64,000 nt of DNA. Origin: Octopus vulgaris (lineage: Eukaryota). Within the stretch, counting starts at the first letter, position 1, and every line of letters starts with the position of its first letter. Location: contig OX597826.1 of the NCBI GenBank assembly GCA_951406725.2, positions 17,236,001 to 17,300,000 of the forward strand. The letters run 5' to 3'. Below, piece by piece: positions 57,325-64,000 of the stretch. Under the pieces are notes generated by a model that was not told the DNA's origin, made no database searches, and saw only the letters and a program-made list of their open reading frames with translations. The translations under genes and the position numbers were made by a program.

Positions 57325-57566
57325 TACTTGTTTCAGTCACTTGGAGATTTTTTTTTAGTCGAATGTATCGACCCCAGACCTAGTCTACTAATCTCTTTTG
57401 CTGAACCTCTAAGTTACAGGGACGTAAACTCCCCAGTGCTGGTTGTCAGGCGGTGGTGCAGGACAAACCCAAACACAAAGACACATATACAAACACACAA
57501 ACACACAAACACACACACACACACACACGCACAAACACACACACACACACGAAAACACACACACTT

Positions 57567-57630
<64 letters not shown>

Positions 57631-57646
57631 ATATATATATATACAC

Positions 57647-57687
<41 letters not shown>

Positions 57688-57867
57688 TATATATATATAC
57701 ACACCTATATACATGTATCTATACCTTCTTTCAGTTTCCGTCAACCAAATCACAAGGCTTTGGTCGACCTGGTGCTATAGTAGAAGATACTTGCCCTAGG
57801 TGCTATGCAGCGGGACTGAACCATGTGGTTAGGAAGTAAGCTTCTTACCACACAGCCACAACTGCAC
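57325..57867 (-). mobile_element. Family A SINE with an expanded internal CA/TA tract
   Basis: Both halves are present around the microsatellite. Confidence 0.85.
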
Positions 57868-58499
57868 CAATCATAAATATTTTTCTAATTTTATCTTCCC
57901 GGGGTCGTTAAACTAAGAACGAATCGTATACTAAATCCATTAAACAGTCAACAGGAATTCCTCTAAATCTGTGCTGATCTATTTTCATGACAAATTATTA
58001 TTATTGAAGAGCAATTGTAAAATCGATATGCATTGGTTGCATTTAGCTTTGCTGTTTACGTCCTCAGTTCAAATTTCCTTGGGGATCAAATTCACCTTTT
58101 ATACTTTTGAAGCTGATACATAAAGACAGATTCTTTGGTTAATTTCATCAATTGAGCACACCCATCGCATTACAATAGGACTCTTTGTGACTAGTAGTCG
58201 CATAGCAGTGGAATTATGGAATCGTTAGAGATTTCGACAACTGTGTCCTATAATTTGAGAGTAATAAAAAACCCATTGTCATTACAATATAGAAGCGGAG
58301 TAATAGAATTACTAGATGCCTAGCAACATTACATGTAACACTTTACGTTCTGATATCAAGCACATCACGTTGATACCAAATTGCCTTTCATCCTTTCGGG
58401 ATCGATAAAATGAGCAACAGTTAAGTACTTCTGTCATTATAATTGTCAGTTCCTATCCCAAAATGTGTGGTCTTGTGCCTATTTTAAAACCATAATTAT

Positions 58500-58578
<79 letters not shown>

Positions 58579-58620
58579 GCTGGTGGTGCTGGTGGTGTTG
58601 GTGATGTTGGTGGTGGTTTT
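58500..58620. repeat. (AGT)n followed by (GGT)n trinucleotide repeat
   Basis: Directly visible. Confidence 0.95.
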
Positions 58621-59474
58621 GGTATAACAGTAGTAGTTGTAGTATCGCTGTCAAATCACCGAACGAATACTGGAACTTTAAATTATGTTATACAGGATTC
58701 GTGACAATAAATGTCTCTTAATTTCCCATCTGCCTAAACTATAACTTTTGTTAACCCTCATGGGAAAAACAGAAATAATTATTTCCAATTCGATCATAAA
58801 AAGAGCAACATGTGAGAAGTATCGAACGTTAAAAACCTACCGAGTGATAGTCGGACTTTATCTTTGTTATCTTTAGTTTTCGTTATTTCTATTTTACCTC
58901 ATTCTATTTTTTCCTTTTTAAAAAGAGATAAATCAATAATATTAACAAAATTATGAATAATAGATTATAAAATTCTGCTGAAGTTTTGTATTTCGGTAAG
59001 CATTTTGCTGTTGAAGTGTTTGGACAATATACACATTAGTTAGGATTTCTGCCGCCAGGTGTCGTCTATTCAATCCTTTACAAAAGACAACCGACTGCAT
59101 TATGTTTCAGGAAATATTTTATTATGTTTATAAATTTTAAAAAGCCAAATAGCCTTTGCCAAACAATAAAATATTTTCAAATATTTGTCGTAGTTATCGT
59201 TGCGGTTGTTTCGTCCCTCTTAAAGTTGCTCTAGAGAATTAAAATTCAACACGTTTCCTGTCTTATTTACTTCTATCTTGTATAAGCTTCCGTTCACTTA
59301 CGTGGAGAGAACTTTAATAATACTCCATTTACATTCCGTTAACTGAAGTTGGAAATAATGGTGGATGAAAAGTGTAATTTATAACTGTCGTTTAAACCAA
59401 GACACGTTTAAACCAAGGTTGTGCAATGAGTCGTTATTACTATAATTACCTTGTTTGCCACTTGTGTGTAATTT

Positions 59475-59542
<68 letters not shown>

Positions 59543-60232
59543 TGTGTTTGTGTGTGTCGATGTAAGTGCGCGCGATTTTTTTTACATGACATGCCGAATT
59601 GTTATAATCAGTCTTGCTAACATAATGTAAATATATAATTACGTCCGAGCCAACACTTTTAGAGGGCCTTCAATATAGTTGTTCCACCTAGTATATAAAT
59701 ATCAGCCGTATCTTACTCAAATTACATATATTTTTAAAGCAAGTACATCGTACTTGCTTTAGAAATAAAGGACAGTCATTCTGAATTAAATACACTATTC
59801 TAAATACTAGTCTGCGGTTAAGTAACATAAAATATAATTGTGTGTGTGCATGTGTTTGTGTGTGCATGAGCACGCGTACACACACACACACAAAAAAAAA
59901 AAACGAGTGGTCGTGCTAAATTTCAAAGAGACTCCGTTTGCTGGTTCATTATTTCAGGTTTCAACTGCTTAACTAACAGTGTTGGTGTGTTTATGTTCCC
60001 GTGAATTAGCGGTTCGGTTAAAGAGCAACAGAAGCACGCTTTGAAAAGAAAAATCAAGTATTGAGATTGACTTTATCAACTAAAATTTTTCAGGACGGTG
60101 CATCAGCATAGCCGCTGTCTAATGACTGAAACCGGTGAAGGTCAACTTATTTGATCAGCTTTAGTTGTAGATTATCAACGAGTCAGTTATTGGTTCATTT
60201 GGTTACAAGGGAAAGGGTAACCAGGTATTTTT

Positions 60233-60453
60233 AGGCGGAGAGCTGGCAGAAACGTTAGCACGCCGGGCGAAATGCCTAGCGGTATTTTGTCTGCCGCTAC
60301 GTTCTGAGTTCAAATTCCGCCGAGGTCGACTTTGCCTTTCATCCTTTCGGGGTCGATTAAATAAGTAGCAGTTACGCACTGGAGTCGATATAATCGACTT
60401 AATCCGTTTGTCTGTCCTCTCTGTGTTTAGCCCCTTGTGGGTAGTAAAGAAAT
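60233..60453 (+). mobile_element. Family B SINE, full length, with a 9 bp target-site duplication
   Basis: Head ggcggagagctggcagaaacgttagc; B box gagttcaaattcc; central gactttgcctttcatcctttcggggtcgat (resembles the conserved Meta-type SINE domain). TSD aggtatttt at 60223 and 60454. Confidence 0.88.
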
Positions 60454-61050
60454 AGGTATTTTCAGTGTAAATCAGAGCAAACCAGAAATGGAAGTAAGTT
60501 TCGTTCTAGAACAACGGTTTCTCGGTTTCTCGCATTGTTTCTTATCTTTTCTTGATAAAACTATCTTCAAAGATATGGAAACATGCATATATCTATCATA
60601 TTGAATAATGTAGATTTTATGTATTTATGCGCACGCACACACACACATATACACATTCTGTGTCAGATCACAAAAGTCCTCGAAAAAGCATTACGGTAAA
60701 TATAAAAAGTAAATATATAACATTGTCTCTTGTTGTATAACCTGGACATAGTTTAGGTGCTAGAACGAGAAACAACTTAAAAAACCGTAACATACGACAG
60801 ATTCGAATATAATCAGTTATTCATACACATATAAAAGTGCCTATGCCTATGTATATATAGGTGTGTGTGGGAGAGAAAGAGAGAGAAAGAGAGAGAGAGT
60901 AAATGTGTGTATATATTTACAAGGGGTCATGGCTTGGGCCAATGATGGTTGAAGCCCAAACCATGTCAAACTTAATAGCACCTCTTGTAAATATATACAC
61001 ATATTTACTCTCTCTCTCTCTTCTCTCTCACATATATATATATATATATA

Positions 61051-61590
61051 TTTAAATTTCAAGCGATACTAGAATTCTAGTATGATCATCTCGCTTACTG
61101 TGGGGCGGTTAGCTTCTCTGTCAGTACATAGACTTGTGCTTCTTTGCGGCTGAGAGGGTTTTTACCTCTTCTTTCTAGCAATGTATGTGCATCGTCAGTC
61201 ACTATTAGTGACAATTGAATTCTTCCTTTTTGGTCTTATATTGCTTATAGACGCCTCGAATTTTTATAATTTTCACATTACCATTTTGCTGAACCATCCA
61301 TTGATTCATATGGTAAATACTATGTACTGACAGTCTGGATTTGGCCAAACCATTCAGCGACGGAGTAGTCATCACTGAAGGGCTTTAATTTCAAGCGAAA
61401 GTAGAGCTCTAGTATAATCATCTCGCTCGCTGTGGGGCGGTTAGCTCCTTAGTCAGTACGTAGATTTGTGCTTCTTTGTAGTTAAGAGGTGTTTTACCAG
61501 TTATTTCTAGCAATGTAAGTTCTACTCTGCACCGTCAGTCACATTTCGTAACAAGTGAATTTTTCTTTTTTGGATTTATATTACTTATAG
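61051..61590 (+). mobile_element. ~1.6-copy tandem of a 332 bp HHR-bearing unit between TA tracts (retrozyme/pLTR-like)
   Basis: aagcga..tag....ctagtat.atcatctcgct..ctgtggggcggttagct... recurs at 61061 and 61393. HHR-like motif at 61371-61418. Confidence 0.75.
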
Positions 61591-61718
61591 CCACCTTCGC
61601 TGTAAACATATATATATATAAATAAATAAATACATATACATATACATATATAAATACATACATATACATATATATATATATGCATGTAAGTATGTATGTA
61701 TGTATATAGATAGATAGG

Positions 61719-61818
<100 letters not shown>

Positions 61819-61896
61819 CTTCTATACTTATAATTGTGTATGTGTGTGTGGGGGTGTATGTAGGTGCGCATGTGTGTGTGTGCGGGTATGTGTATG

Positions 61897-61979
<83 letters not shown>

Positions 61980-62698
61980 ATGTCAAAAATTTGAACCCTG
62001 TCTCTTAAACCGGATCTTATTTAAGTTTTCGAGACGTTTCAGCGACTGACCATAAAACCATCCGGCTTAACAGAATAACAGTCTATCTTGTGATTGATCC
62101 TCCTACCGTGTCCGCTACTTCTTTTCAGCTGAGTGGATTGAAGTATCGAAATATGAAAAGGGTTTCTCAAACCCAACACTCATACACGGCTAAGCGCCTT
62201 TAAATACAGGTTTGTCTTCTGTTTGTGAATGTGTGTGTGTTTGGGTGTGTACGTGGGTGCGTGTGTGCATGTGTGCGCGTGTGTATGAGTGCGTGCTCAT
62301 TAAACTCTGGTAAAAGCACCACAGAGTATTGTTAATCGTTAAACAGTTACAATGGAAGTGCATGAAAGAGAGGCTTCACTTCTACAAAGTTTCCATTCAT
62401 CTAACGAAAGCCTTGGTCCTGAATAGTAAAGCATTGTGGAGAATCTTGAAAAAGTTAGGACGCTCACCTAATTTTCTGTCTTATTTGCCTAACAAACTTG
62501 TATAAAGACCTGCATCATGCCAGTGTGTATTTCACAGCATAGCCTGCAGGATTGAATACCTAGAGTTTAGTAATTACCTTAGAGTTCTTGGTAGATATAA
62601 TACCTAAACTCTTAGAGGTGTATGTGTGCAAGGTTTGATACATACCTCCTTGAAATATCAATGATAATGATAGATTTGTGATCTTGTTTTATCTATTA

Positions 62699-63534
62699 CT
62701 AGCAGTATTGCCCGGCTCGTGCGCTCGTGCGTTCTATGCACGCGTGAATTAAGCTAAACTTGGATGAAGTTCAATCAAAATTCAATAATTTTGGTTTTAA
62801 AATCAAGCATTTAATGCCCTCTATTTTTGCGTTTATGTGTTCCATTTCCTCAATAGGAAGTATGTAGAAGCGTTTCATAAATTTTTGTTGATCATATAAT
62901 TGCATTGTTGAATTATTCTTTTAGATCAGTATTTCTCAACGGGGATTTCAGGGGAGAGTTTCAGGGAGTTGCTGGCGATGTATCGTGATGATCAAAAATC
63001 CGGCCTGCTAAAATTTGGTTAAAGTGATTCAAACTGCAGGCTCAACGCAAAATGGTCACATTTAATTCAAAGCGTTAAAAATGTTATGAAAACAATTGGT
63101 ATGTGTTCACAAAGTCCGAACGATTAATACAAAAAAACCCTCCAGGCTACATCCCGAAAATTCATTTCTTTGCCGAATTTCTACAATGTTTACGGCGATT
63201 CGTTTTTATATCTTGATTTTTTATTTTTCATGCAATTTACGCATGCTTGCACACGTGGTGAACACAATTCACGTCAAACAGATGACTGAGTAAAGTTCAC
63301 TATTCAATGCATGGGATAAGGCCTAAACAAACACATTATCGATTTTTGCACTTGCGAGATGAATTTCGGAACAGAAATAGCGCAGTTCAATTTTCATTCG
63401 CCTAAACTTTAAGTGACCCATTTTTGGTGGTTCTACAATTTGTTGGCTAGGAGGAGATGTGCCGGGAAGTTAAACACACAGACACACACACAGATACACA
63501 CACAGACACACAAGTTGAGTTCTATATATATAGA
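62699..63534 (-). mobile_element. Non-autonomous Helitron
   Basis: The minus-strand 5' end reads a|TCtatatatatagaactcaacttgtgtgtctg. The 3' end has GC-rich ...gccgggcaatactgCTAG|t, similar to the 47480 element. Confidence 0.8.
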
Positions 63535-64000
63535 TATCCTGTCGTTTGGTCAAACAGTTCCTGTCCGAATGGACTACTAAAATCCATCTTATTCATTGCC
63601 TGTCATTTTCAAACGTTCCAAACATTATGTCAGCACAATTTTCAGCAGCATCCATGTTATAATGAATGAGAAATTTATCCAACTTCTTGATGTATCTGCA
63701 TTTATAATCTGCTTTGGCGAATATAAGGCATATATTAGTATGCGATAGATTATTTCATCAAATCTCTCCACATTCCCGACGACTAAAATAAAATTTGTCT
63801 TGAAGATGGATACTTGATAATATTTGTAGGTAGAAAAATTGATCCTCGATTGCAAATCTAGACAACATTTCCGCGTTTCTTTTTAATTTCCTGTTGGTCA
63901 AGCAGTTCGGGGAAAACCAATTATATTGCCCCCAGTATTGACTGGTTAATATCTATGCTTAATCATGATATATATGTAGATACAGAAACACATTTACACG

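Noticed and set aside
58841-58896. Possible upstream exon ending ...KDKVRLSL(G) with a phase-1 gtaggt donor
   Set aside because: In frame with the 56693 exon, but the upstream region is purine-rich with no credible acceptor or start codon; unsupported.

Overview
Eukaryotic, AT-rich, microsatellite-dense genomic DNA. The SINE families and the (TA)n/(TAGA)n/(CATA)n load point to an octopus or other coleoid cephalopod (inference from recalled repeat consensus, not a search). Almost all ORFs in the supplied track are microsatellite translations. The only credible host coding sequence is two minus-strand exons (56556-56693 and 28277-28522). They splice in phase across a ~28 kb intron into an ANF-receptor/LIVBP-type amino-terminal domain resembling an ionotropic glutamate receptor, so most of the window is probably intronic. 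The introns hold two SINE families, two non-autonomous Helitrons, decayed mariner and DD37D (maT) transposons, and decayed Penelope-like retroelements (PLEs). The most striking unexplained signal is a dense set of short elements in or beside (TA)n tracts that carry type I hammerhead ribozyme (HHR) motifs. One is fully canonical and lies on the host sense strand; one family has a U3-A8 compensatory core. Several form terminally redundant 330-360 nt units or long near-perfect palindromes, consistent with a retrozyme/PLE-derived system that also builds long dsRNA hairpins in a receptor pre-mRNA.
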